Positions 10,560 to 20,878 of a stretch of DNA of 64,000 nt are shown here, piece after piece. The notes beneath the pieces were generated by a model. The model made no database searches and was not told where the DNA came from. It saw only the letters and a list, made by a program, of their open reading frames with translations. The stretch covers positions 372,001 through 436,000 of the forward strand of contig OZ025707.1 in the NCBI GenBank assembly GCA_964019335.1, read 5' to 3'. The DNA is from Diplonema japonicum. Lineage: Eukaryota > Protista > Euglenozoa: Diplonemea. Position 1 is the first letter of the stretch. Each line of letters starts with the position of its first letter. The position numbers were made by a program, and so were the translations under genes.

Positions 10560-11558
10560 TCCACGGAATGGAAGCGGGTGCATGTCCGTCCACGAACGCC
10601 TGGTGGAGGAAGCTAGTCACGGAGACCGCTGATATCGTACAGACTGCGGCGGATCATCAGCGGTGCAGTGTTCACGGTACACCCTCGAGTGTGGGGGAAG
10701 CAATTGGATGAACGTGAGGGTGTGGAAAGCTCGTCTCTTGCGTGCGACGTCTGCGACCATCGATGCCAGACGACGACAGAAGTCACGGAGCACGCCCTAT
10801 GGGAATGTGCACCAGCGAGAGCTGCCCTGACAAACGAGGGATATGGCGGGATGACGCGAAGTGACCTACCTGCAGTGACCGCCCTCCACGGGATCATTCC
10901 AAGGGGCGCAACGGGGGCTGCGAAGCAACAGGCGGCAGTCGTGCAACGATACCTGTTGGATGTCGTGTCAAGACGAGACGCCAGAGCGGCTGAACGGAGC
11001 ACCAGAATCCTCACCACCAACCCGTGGGATGAGATCACATCGGGGAAGCAGCACACTGTGCCCACAGTGGAGCTGTTGAAATCGAACGGAGCGTCGGGAA
11101 AGGTCCTAATGTTCTACATAAAGAGCGTCCTCAGGTGGCTGAAAAGCCTAAGATGGTACGCAGGCAGGAAGTTGACGTCCGTCACGACGATGGAGCTCGC
11201 AGTAGACTATGCAGGCCACCCGACAGTCCTTGGCTGGACCCTCGACGACCAGGACTGGCTCACAGAGAAGGCTGGAAGGATGCGATACATCTTAGGACGT
11301 ATTCAGAAGTGCACAGCAAAGAGTGGGAAGAATGCTTTCCCCGCCAACGCAAAGACAAGGGTACACACCCTTCGACATCTTGGGGGCCCGACGACACACG
11401 GCTACGACAGGAGACCACTCTTCTCCTCGAGCCAAACCGCCCCCTACCTAGCACGACTCCAAGCAATGTTTCTCGCCCAGATGCCGTCCATCTCATCGCG
11501 ACAAACAGCCACCGCAGGCCCCAGACAGCAACCGCAGAACGGTGACCGATTAGTGTGA
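10560..11558 (+). pseudogene. Retroelement ORF2 C-terminal region with zinc knuckle
   Basis: LRRIISGAVFT...CDVC...TEHALWEC, typical of the C-terminal CCHC region of non-LTR ORF2. Confidence 0.8.
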
Positions 11559-12530
11559 ATTTCTCCCTGAACGGTGAGCACCCACCCGCACACCGAAATT
11601 TATCAAATTTATTCCTAAAGATGTGAGAATAGTATTTACTTTGCCGAAGGACTATCCATGAGGATGATAATCTTGGGAGTAGAAAAAAAGTCGACAATTG
11701 ACCCTTTTTTTTTTTTTTTTTTTTGCCAGAAGCTCCACGTCCTTTAATAGTTTAACAAAAAAAGGGAAAGAAAACACGTTTTATCTTTCCTTCGAATCTC
11801 AGCCTGCACTCCTCTATTGGAGGTGCAAAAATCCTTTTTTTTTTCTTGGTGTCTTCGGGCCTGATTCTCGGGTGTATACTTGTATTTTCTTTTTGTCTTT
11901 GTAGTTTTTTTCTTTTTTTTTCTCGCATTTCTCTTTCTCTTTTAGTGTAAAGAAAGAAAAACCTAATACATTATAATTCTAACGGGGGAAAAAAAAAAAA
12001 AAAGTGTAAAAGTGCTTAAGCAACAAGCATGAACTGATGATCCCTCCCACGAGAGGGAGGGATCAATCTATGACAAGACTGGCACTCCTTCTCATCAAAT
12101 TGCGAACTGGAAAACAAAAAAAAGAGAAGAAAAAAGGAGAAGAAGAAGAAGAAAAACCATGAATCTTAATCCTCAAGCATCTGCTTGTCCTCTTCTCCAC
12201 CTCTCACTGCTCTCTCATAAAAAGAACGAGAGAAACCTTCTAACTCTACCTGCTTCTTTAACAAGAAAAAGAAGGAAAGGAGGAGATCCCACCTTCTCCT
12301 TGGGTGTGCTCCCTCTTTTCTTGCTTTTGAGAGCTATTTTCTTGTAATTCTTGAGGGGGGGGAAAAGAGTGGGCTGTACACATCATAGCCAACATAAGAA
12401 AAAAGAAAAGAACACTGTGAAGCAAAAAATGCCGGACGGACAAACTCCCGGACGGCGCGATTAAAACCCGGCCATTTCTCCGTCAAGCATTTTTTTTTTG
12501 TTTTACAGTAGCTATTTTTTTTGTCCATGT

Positions 12531-12576
<46 letters not shown>

Positions 12577-12686
12577 CTCCAGCCAATTTTATTTATTCTC
12601 GAACACACGCCCTTTCATTTTTTTTTTCATTCTTGACAGGGAAAAAAGGAAGGAAAAAAAAAGAAGAAGAAGAAAAGAAAAAAAAT

Positions 12687-13707
12687 ATGTCGAAGAGAAA
12701 AGAGGAGGAATACGCCGACATGGAGGAAAAGCTCAAGAAATCTGAGGCTATCATAGAGAAGCTGAAGCAGTGTCTTCTGCAGTGCAAAGATATTGCCATC
12801 CAACACCCTGACGGACCTGAGAACATACCTGATGAGACATGGGACACGCTGCCGGACGACTTGAAAAAGATAGCAACAGACGCAATAAGCGCAGTAAGGG
12901 AGGCCTGCACGACCGAGAAGCCACCTCCAGAGGAGGAGGAGGAAGAGAGGCAAGAACCAACATCGGAAGTCCCGATAGCACCCCACCTTACGCGATCCAC
13001 CCAAACAGGTTAAAGGTACTCATGAGGTGAATGAAACATATCTGAACCGCATCAAGGAGAACATGAAGTTCGCCTACATAGAGATGAATGGGGACAAGCA
13101 TGAGGTTTGCGGATACCGGAACTACCATGAACACCTGCATACCGTGGTGGAGGGCAGCCTGACACCGGCGCAAAAGGGTTTTTGTGGACGACTTTTGGAG
13201 ATTCAAAAAGCAGTGGCGAGTGATGGGGTGGGGGACAAGGTCAAAATCTCAAATGAGATGCACGCCAAGCACACCCGAAGTATGGTCTATGCAGCAGTGT
13301 TTTGCGATAAAGATGAAGGTAAAGACCACACTGCCGTTTACGTAGGGGAGTCGGGGGACAATGGTTCCACGCGATGGGGCCTTAGCGGCGGCCACCTGTC
13401 AGGCGCACGCGACCTTGTCAACTCAGAAATCATGAGGAAAAACAAGTCCCCCATCCACGTAGCGCTCCTGAACTACCCCCCCGAGAACATCTACATCTTC
13501 GTTGTGGACAGGCTCGTTACACATGAGGATGCTTGGATCGAGTGTATTGGTAAGCTGGCCGATGAAGGCCACAATATTGATAAGCTGAATGGTATGAACG
13601 GGAAGAAGCCGAAAGACGAGACAAAAGCAAAAGAGGTTCTGGAGGATGTCGAGAAACGGGTCGCTGACGTTTTGTCATCAACCTCAACGCACGGTGGAGC
13701 ATCCTAA
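12687..13707 (+). CDS. Coiled-coil plus GIY-YIG-like nuclease-domain protein, split by a +1 frameshift at about 12979-13010
   Basis: ATG after a polypyrimidine/AG/poly-A leader. The second frame is open from 12979 and contains MVYAAVF...AVYVGESG...TRWG...H, a GIY-YIG-like pattern. Confidence 0.5.
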
Positions 13708-14471
13708 GGTAGGCAGCGACCCCGAATCTACTATCATAGTGATTTCTTTTTTTGTTTTTATAAATGCCCCCCCCCCTCCCTCTGTCTGAAACGTTTAGCT
13801 CCCTTTGAAGCTCACACAGTGTCTCATTTTATTTGTCCTTGCAGGAGCGCCAATGGTTTTTTTTTTTGTCGTCTTAACAAATATTTATCTTCAAAGAATG
13901 ACTTTATATAACTATGTGCAACTTGTGCAGAGCAAAGGACCTACGCAGCTTTTTTTTAAAATTTTTTTGAAGGGAGATAAGTAGAGACATGGGGACGTTC
14001 CAAAACAGGAACCTCCTTTATCTCATCTTTTTTTTTTTTTGCTCGTGCGAAGCAACTAAGGTATTTAGTCATAAAGAAATATTGCGTTTGTCTTTTTTTT
14101 TTTTTTTTTTTTTTTTTCTTTTTTTATTATTGTCATTGTTGTTCAGTGAGCATCCACATTTGCAATTTTATCGAGTTTTTTCTCTCTAGCCAAATTTTTA
14201 ATCTCTAACACAAGACCTATCTTTCTTTGGACTTCTCGTAACTTTTTTTACACTGTTTTCTTTTTTTTTTTTTTGTTTGAACAAGAAAAAAAACAAATAT
14301 ATTGGGTAATGAATTGTTATTGCTAAAGAGTAGTGGTAGCATTGTTGGGCTTATCCTACTACAGGTTAACCCCCGACTGTGCACAAACAACAATCAAACG
14401 ACTTTTTATCTCAACGCGTTCTCTTTCTTTTCCTCTCTAACCCACAGATGAACGCGAGCTTTTTTTTTTTT

Positions 14472-14513
14472 AGGCGATCCTGTCACATACTGCAGGTTCC
14501 CTTCAAATACATC
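14472..14513 (-). repeat. 42-bp dispersed repeat, family B copy 1
   Basis: AGGCGATCCTGTCACATACTGCAGGTTCCCTTCAAATACATC; one mismatch to 16778-16819; both copies sit in poly-T. Confidence 0.9.
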
Positions 14514-14524
14514 TTTTTTTTTTT

Positions 14525-14657
14525 GCAAGAACGAAACTAAACAAATGTTGTATTCCCACTTGCAATATTATTTCAGTGACCTGTCTAAGCAAAACGTGTT
14601 TACGGGTTTACATTTTTCCAAGTTTTACCCCGGCACGTACACAACGGCCAGTTCCTC
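14525..14657 (-). repeat. Short SINE-like dispersed repeat, family C copy 1
   Basis: Shared ends GCAAGAACG and TTTTACCC(C)GGCACGTAC...GGCCAGTTCCTC with 25555-25605 and 35808-35920. Confidence 0.85.
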
Positions 14658-14974
14658 TTTTTTTTTTTTTTTTCCCCCTCTTTTTCTTTTTAGTATCTCG
14701 AAGCCGGGTGTGCTCGGTTGCGTTCGCTGCCCCAAGAGCAACAGAGGAAACAGCAGCACACAGCCGAGCACGCATGCAAGGGAAGGAGGTCATTCCTTCT
14801 TCGCCTTCCTTGCGCTCCTTCGCGATTCATTCTACGGAGAAGCTCACGCCCCTCGCGTTTTCCCCCCCCTGTAGACCAGACAGCCTGGTGTGTCAGTGCT
14901 GCCTTTATCCTTCTTCACCTGTTTTTTTTAAATACTTTTTTCGCTTTTTATTCTACTTGCAATATCATTTCAGC

Positions 14975-15310
14975 TGCCTCCGCCAGCGTTACTCGTAGCA
15001 GCATCCCGTACCCTGAGGCGCGAAGCAGGTTCTCAGCTTGTTCCGGCTTCGCCCTCACCGTCACCTCACACGTCCATGTCCCCGGATGGTTCCCCACATG
15101 TATGATAGGTGCAGCTCTACCTTGCGTTTCGCAGCTCGCGCCGCCCACCACCGGGTCCACCATCTGTCCCCAGACCCCTATACCGCTGATAGCACTAGTG
15201 TCCGCTGCTTTGCAGTTGCCGATGGCCCGGTCTCTTCCGTCGGACTTGCGACGGGCACTTTTCGCGTGCGTCCACACCGGGTCCACTATCTGCCTCAGAC
15301 CTCCTCCGGA
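14975..15310 (-). mobile_element. Possible degenerate fragment of another LINE ORF1
   Basis: Minus-strand EVTVRAKPEQAENLLRASGYGMLLRV resembles LVTIATENRRHLVGASGKMGIFVK of the element ORF1 at ~6400; a GC-rich island in a spacer. Confidence 0.3.
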
Positions 15311-15395
15311 GGTACAAGAAGCACAAGAAAAAAAAAAAAACAAGAAAAAAAAAGAAAACAAAAAAAAAAAAGCGATACCACGTGAGGGGGAGAAA

Positions 15396-16706
15396 ATGCC
15401 GAATGAATCAACAAAGACATCATCAAGCATCCTGTCCAAGGACCCCCCGCTTAGATACAAGCTCGTGTCGGGGTGGGGCGGCGGCCAGGCAGACGGCATC
15501 TACGAACTAGCAGCGGACAAGGTCAACGGAGCCCACGCGTGGAAAAGAAAAAAGGGAACCGACCACATGGCCATCTACTACATGGGCGAGAAATGGGGCA
15601 TAGGGTACTGGGACGAAATCCAAGAAGGCAGCTGCCTGATGATCGGGTCCCGTATAAGGGAGAACATGTACCCACACCGCACAGGCGCGTGGTCATGCCT
15701 TAACCAAGAATCCGAAATCTGGGAAAACATAAATATCGACCTGAAGAAGATCCGAACAGAGTCCAACATGGGTGAGGAGCAGCGAAGGGATGCTCGATTC
15801 GCGCCGTTCCCGTACACGGGGGACCACCTTGCCACAGGGTACATCCTGTCGGGCCCTAGACGGCTTCGATGGAAGCCTGTAGACGATTCTCCTTACATAG
15901 ATAAATACCTCCCTGCAGACACCGAGCTGTTCATTATGGAACGCAATGCTAAATTTTACCGTGTGAGACCTCAGAACATCAAGCTGGAAGGGTACCTTCG
16001 GACCTGCCATGTTAAGATTGTAGAGGACACCGTGTTCGCTCCTGAGACAGCTGTTCCAAACAACCCACCTCCAAAACACGTGAACCCTTACTATATACAA
16101 ATCGACGGTGCTATCGAAGAACGTCCTCCTTTGAAGCCCGGGTTTCAGTTTGAACGTACGAGCCGCGCAGTACGCGTAGAAGGACTAGGAGAAGCAAGTA
16201 CGGAACCGGTTCTTGTTGGAGGTGGTTCTGGTGTTGGTCTTAATGAGGCTGTTTTGCATGTACGGTCCGGTATCGAACCTGTGGACGGGATGTACAGAAA
16301 GACTTCGAAGGGACGTGTTATGTGGCAGCAGGCGTCCTCCGGGCGACATTGTATCATCAGCAGCTGTGATGGTTACTGGGTGTTGGTGAGGTCGGAGGAT
16401 CTCAGGCGTTACGCGAACCCCCCTGGTATCATTACGTCTTCAGAGGTGCATAACAATGAGCCGCCGTCGAGTTGTGGGTCTTGGGCCACTCCTGGGCCTG
16501 CGAATAACTGGCTTGCTGATGCTTCTATTTACGTTGGGGTTTCACCCGTGCAGCCGCCCCAGCCCCCGCCGCCGCCTCGCGAGCACACTGAGCACGCGCC
16601 CATCATCATCTCAAACAGTCCCCAGAGGGGGGAGCCCGTGGACTACACCGCGTCGTACTTTGGATCGCGCGACTACAAGGAATCCGATTACGAGGAGATA
16701 CATTGA
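15396..16706 (+). CDS. Hypothetical protein with two copies of a Gly/Trp-rich module flanking an SH3b-like domain
   Basis: ATG after an A-rich leader. DGIY...NG...W module repeated as DGMY...W; RLRWKP...LPADTELFIME...FYRV...EGYL is SH3b-like. Confidence 0.7.
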   Translation: MPNESTKTSSSILSKDPPLRYKLVSGWGGGQADGIYELAADKVNGAHAWKRKKGTDHMAIYYMGEKWGIGYWDEIQEGSCLMIGSRIRENMYPHRTGAWSCLNQESEIWENINIDLKKIRTESNMGEEQRRDARFAPFPYTGDHLATGYILSGPRRLRWKPVDDSPYIDKYLPADTELFIMERNAKFYRVRPQNIKLEGYLRTCHVKIVEDTVFAPETAVPNNPPPKHVNPYYIQIDGAIEERPPLKPGFQFERTSRAVRVEGLGEASTEPVLVGGGSGVGLNEAVLHVRSGIEPVDGMYRKTSKGRVMWQQASSGRHCIISSCDGYWVLVRSEDLRRYANPPGIITSSEVHNNEPPSSCGSWATPGPANNWLADASIYVGVSPVQPPQPPPPPREHTEHAPIIISNSPQRGEPVDYTASYFGSRDYKESDYEEIH

Positions 16707-16744
16707 AATGTTTGTTTAGATAGATATAAAAGTTTTGTTGTACG

Positions 16745-16777
<33 letters not shown>

Positions 16778-16779
<2 letters not shown>

Positions 16780-16819
16780 GCGATCCTGTCACATACTGCA
16801 GGTTCCCTTCAAAGACATC
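16778..16819 (-). repeat. 42-bp dispersed repeat, family B copy 2
   Basis: Near-identical to 14472-14513; preceded by ~30 T. Confidence 0.9.
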
Positions 16820-17110
16820 TTTTTTTTGTGTTGTTTTCTATTCTTTTTTTTGATTTTTTACGTCCCTAGCGCCGTCTTTGAGCTTTCTCTGTGAACCGCT
16901 GCATTTTCACGTTGAAGACCCTTAGTACCTTGACTGAGGATTTATGTCTAGGCGGCTGTAGGAGAGGTAACACAGTGTTGTCATCTTGTTCGTGTGGTGC
17001 GACAGGCGCTATGTGAAATCGACCTGGTTCAACTCGACTTCCGTGAGGTTGGGTGGCGGGCGGTGTTACAAGAAAAAAAAGAGAGCAAAAAAAAAAAAAA
17101 AAAAAAAAAA

Positions 17111-17881
17111 ATGTCGATCCGACAAGTGGTGTCGAGGGCTCTCACGAGAAGCCGTTTGGCGAGCAGTATCACCGCAGCAAAGAGGACGGTGATAGCGATG
17201 GACGGCGTGGACGACAGCGATAGACAGTGGTGGGAGTGGCACATACCCACAAGGCAGCACAAAGGAGGGAAGACAACTGTCCTCTACCTGGACGGTGTGG
17301 GGAAATTTACGTGGAAAATGCTAATCGAGAAGGAAATCTTCACCATAGATGATCTAGCGAAGGCCTCAGACGATATGATATTCGACCTCGAGAGGGCAGG
17401 GTGCCTCCACGTTAATGTGGCAAAAGAGCACGCTAAGGTCTTCATGAAAACCATGGGTGAAAGGGAACGAGAGCTGCAGATGCAGCAAACCAGCTGGGAC
17501 AAGGAAGTCGAACGGCTTTTGGAAGAGCGGGAAAAGATAGCCGAGGCGAACCGGGTTAAATGGGAGAAATCAAACCAGAACTACTCTGAGGTTTTTTTTT
17601 TTCAAAAAAAAAAAAAGAAAAAAAAGAACGAAAAAGAAATCGTATCTCACACACACACAGCTCCGCAAAGCAGCGATGGATGAACAACGGGAACAAGTTA
17701 AACTCGCTGTCGAAGCCCACGATTTCGGACCCGGAAAACTCCGGCATCAAGAGTCTAGATTCCAACAAGAAATGGGCAGTGAGGTATTTTTTTTTTTTTT
17801 TCACAAAAAAGGAAGAAATCCCCTCAGATTGACGCAGAAGTGGTTGATGACGAGCCCCACCAGGGAAACCCTTTTAAATAG
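17111..17881 (+). CDS. Putative mitochondrial protein with helix-hairpin-helix-like motif and coiled coil (exons 17111-17590, 17661-17783, 17828-17881)
   Basis: Arg/Ser/Ala-rich presequence-like N-terminus and LDGVGKFTWKMLIEKEIFTIDDLAKA; GT-AG introns restore one continuous frame. Confidence 0.7.
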
Positions 17882-18012
17882 ACAGGAGAAAGGTGAGGGG
17901 GGGGGGGGGGGGGGGGAATCAGGCAGTGTGTTATTATTCCTCGTTTTTCTTTTTTTTTTTTTAACAATTCTTTATAAAAAAAAAGAGAAATGCACGGGAA
18001 AACAAAAAAACA

Positions 18013-19275
18013 ATGCAACAACCGGTAGTAGTAGTCGACATCGGGGGCCACTCGGCGAAGGTTGGAATCGCAGGAAACGAGCTCCCAGACGTGAAATGCG
18101 CGAGCAGCTACGGGGTGGCACACAACGGCACCGCAAAATACGGATTATCAGGCCTAGAAACGGGAATAAGGGTAGGGTGCCCGTATGAACCGGAAGGCAG
18201 TGACATCGGCGAAGTGGGCGACTGGAACGGGTGGTGCGGTGTGCTAGCCCACTGCATCCGCACAATGGGCCTAGAAGAAGAACACCTGGACAGAATCGTC
18301 GTGATCGAAAGAGGTTGGGCACAGCCAGCGACATTACTAAACTGCGCGGAGTCCATCTTCACACACCTCCCTTTCTCCTCTGTCACCTTCCTGCGCACAC
18401 CCTCCGCAGTTTCCATCCACCTCGCAAAGCAACACGTCATGGTGGTGGAGTCCGGCCACACCACAACTTCCGCATCTCCTGTCATGCAACACCGTACTTT
18501 ACAAAACGCAGTTGTCCGATCGCCTTACAGCGGTAAACATCTTTCATACGATGTGGGAAGCATGGTACAGGTCAAGGGCCACACGTGCCGACCGAGGTTT
18601 AATTACGAACGGTGCCGAAGGGCCGACGGTACGATCCGCACAGAGGAGACGTCGGGAAAACGTGCCGTGCAGTACTCAAAGCTGCAGTTCTGGAAGGACG
18701 AAATGCACAGGGAGATCAAAGAGGTCGTGTTGCGGGTGGATCTGAAATACATGAGCGATAACAGAACAAACTACAACCTCCCCGACGGGACCGTGCTGGA
18801 GATGCGGGACGAACCCGGGATTATCGCGTCCGCTATGTTCAACGAGAACCCGAACGAGGAGCTGGACCTCACGAAGGTAGGGCAGGTCATTCCTCTGCAC
18901 CGCGAGACAACTGGTCTCTTCGTGCACAGCCCGAAATACTGCATCTCCGACATGGTGATGCGCGCCTCGCGTTGCGTCGACGACCTGACCCGCACAATCC
19001 TCATCAATGGTAACATTGTCGCCACAGGCGGTACCACCACCATACCCAACTTCACGGAACGGCTTGAGACTGACATCTACCGTCAGATGGAGAAGTACGG
19101 CGTTTCGATACCTCAGGCGAAACGGACATGCGTGGCAATGTCCGACAGCGAAAAAATATTCGCGCCATGGAGCGGCGCCTCCATATTCGGATCGTGGGGC
19201 CCATCACAGGACACGGCCATCACCAAAACAACCTGGGAGGAGACAGGGTACAGTACAATAGTTGACGCGTGGTAG
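18013..19275 (+). CDS. Divergent actin-related protein (possibly nuclear Arp4-like)
   Basis: VVVDIGGHSAKVGIAG, VVESGHTTTSASPV, YNLPDGTVL, NIVATGGTTTIPNFTERL and PWSGASIFGS. Confidence 0.9.
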   Translation: MQQPVVVVDIGGHSAKVGIAGNELPDVKCASSYGVAHNGTAKYGLSGLETGIRVGCPYEPEGSDIGEVGDWNGWCGVLAHCIRTMGLEEEHLDRIVVIERGWAQPATLLNCAESIFTHLPFSSVTFLRTPSAVSIHLAKQHVMVVESGHTTTSASPVMQHRTLQNAVVRSPYSGKHLSYDVGSMVQVKGHTCRPRFNYERCRRADGTIRTEETSGKRAVQYSKLQFWKDEMHREIKEVVLRVDLKYMSDNRTNYNLPDGTVLEMRDEPGIIASAMFNENPNEELDLTKVGQVIPLHRETTGLFVHSPKYCISDMVMRASRCVDDLTRTILINGNIVATGGTTTIPNFTERLETDIYRQMEKYGVSIPQAKRTCVAMSDSEKIFAPWSGASIFGSWGPSQDTAITKTTWEETGYSTIVDAW

Positions 19276-19309
19276 ATTTTTTTTTTCTTCTATTTTTTTT
19301 TTTTTTTTT

Positions 19310-19352
19310 TGAACGGTGAGCACCCACCCGCACACCGAAATTTATCAAATTT
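19310..19352 (+). repeat. 43-bp solo copy of the LINE 3' terminus
   Basis: TGAACGGTGAGCACCCACCCGCACACCGAAATTTATCAAATTT, identical to 11568-11610. Confidence 0.92.
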
Positions 19353-19407
19353 CTACCAAATTTCTTTTGTGTACTCTGCTTTCTACACCGCCATTATCCA
19401 GGGCCCC

Positions 19408-20671
19408 ATGGACGATTACCCCAGCGATGCCATGACCAGCCCCCCACCCGACATGGGAGCTCTGGGAATGATGACACCACAGGACAGAACGGTGGAAGAG
19501 GAACCGGAACCAGAGGCCGGCCTCGAGGAGCTGATAAGCGATGATCTAGAACAGGACAATGTAGAGGAGAGGCTGGCCGCGCTTCACACGGAGATCGGCG
19601 AGGCAGTGACGCAGCAGGACTTTGCAAGGGCATGGAGGCTGCAGAAAGAGGTGGAAATGACGGAACAACTGAAAATAAAGCTGTCCGCATTCGACGATAA
19701 AATCGCTGCCGCAATACGCGGTATGCACGAGGCAGCAAGCTCCCAACGGTACATAGAGGCAGAGCAATTCAAAGAAGAGATCGAGGCTGTTAAGGCTCAC
19801 AAACGCGAGGTCACAAGCGTTGAAACGCAGATTGCGAAATTGGAGATCCAATCGCTGGTTCACGCGACAAACCCTGACGGGGGACTGCAAGCTGCATTGG
19901 GGGTCAAGTCGCAAATCGAAGGCTTAAGCAAACGACGGGAAGTGATACTGGAAAAAGAAGCCAAGCTCGCTGCCGCGCGTGCGAACCTTCGACATGCCGT
20001 GTCCATGAAGGAGTACGCCAGGGCGGAGACGTTGAAAAACGAGCTCTCCGCATTAAAGGGCTCCGAGCTTGTCGCTCCACCTCCCAACAGTTTGGCGAGC
20101 AACACCAACGTCCCGCAAAATCCTGATTCGTTCAGCCCTGTTTTCTCCCAGCCAAGCCAGCAGCCCGTCCCCCCCGCACCCCATGTAGCCACACGGTCGG
20201 ACGATGTAGTTACAAATCTTGCCACTTTGATCTGGCAGACTTCTCAAAAAGACGAGCAAAACCCTTTTTTGCCGCAACAAACCGGCGATAACAGGGAGGA
20301 GCACATGCGGTTCAAAAGGAGGCTGTTGAACTTCTACCAAAAATATAACCCTTCGAAGTTGCCGTCTGTCACTTCCTGTTTAGAGGTACTATTGGAAACA
20401 AAAAAAAAAAAAGGAAAAAAAATCTCAGGAGTACAAAGGGCACGAGGAACGGCTCTTCGCTGCGCTAATCGAGAAATACGGTCCCGAGCCTCCGGATTGT
20501 ATGTTGGTTGGGGGATTAAAAAAAAAAGAAAAATGTTTTTTTTTTTTTTTTCGCGTAGTGATGTCGCTTCCGCTTCCACCTGGATGGCGTCTTGTCGAAA
20601 GCTCCTCTGGTGACGTCTTCTACATCCATTCTTCTGGTAAGAAGCAGTGGGAACGGCCTCCTTACTCGTGA
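19408..20671 (+). CDS. UVR-like coiled-coil repeat protein with C-terminal WW domain (exons 19408-20385, 20429-20498, 20559-20671)
   Basis: Repeats AVTQQDFARAWRLQKEV, AASSQRYIEAEQFKEEI and AVSMKEYARAETLKNEL. Splicing yields FYQKYNPSKL...EYKGHEERLFAALIEKYGPEP and LPPGWRLVESSSGDVFYIHSSGKKQWERP. Confidence 0.8.
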
Positions 20672-20802
20672 AAAGAAAGATGAATTTTGAAAGCTCCCCT
20701 CCCCAATAGATGTTTCCCCCCCCTCCCCCGTTCTCCCCCCTCCTTGTTGTAGAAGAAAAAAGTTCCCACGGTTCCCCCCTTTTTTTATCGTTCTTCTGTT
20801 TG

Positions 20803-20841
<39 letters not shown>

Positions 20842-20878
20842 ATAAAAAATATTTTAAAAAAAAAGGCCACCACATGTG

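Larger units (their letters stand above)
4434..11610 (+). mobile_element. Non-LTR (LINE-type, APE endonuclease) retroelement, degenerate and non-autonomous, with SL at the 5' end and two captured gene fragments
   Basis: Broken ORF1 (4687-7631), APE motifs, N-terminal RT motifs, C-terminal CxxC...HxxxxC zinc knuckle. The 3' end is defined by a second 43-bp copy at 19310-19352. No clear target-site duplication found. Confidence 0.9.

Noticed and set aside
14718-15395. N-terminal extension of the 662-aa ORF
   Set aside because: Runs through repeat remnants and A-tracts; the ATG at 15396 fits the local leader pattern better.
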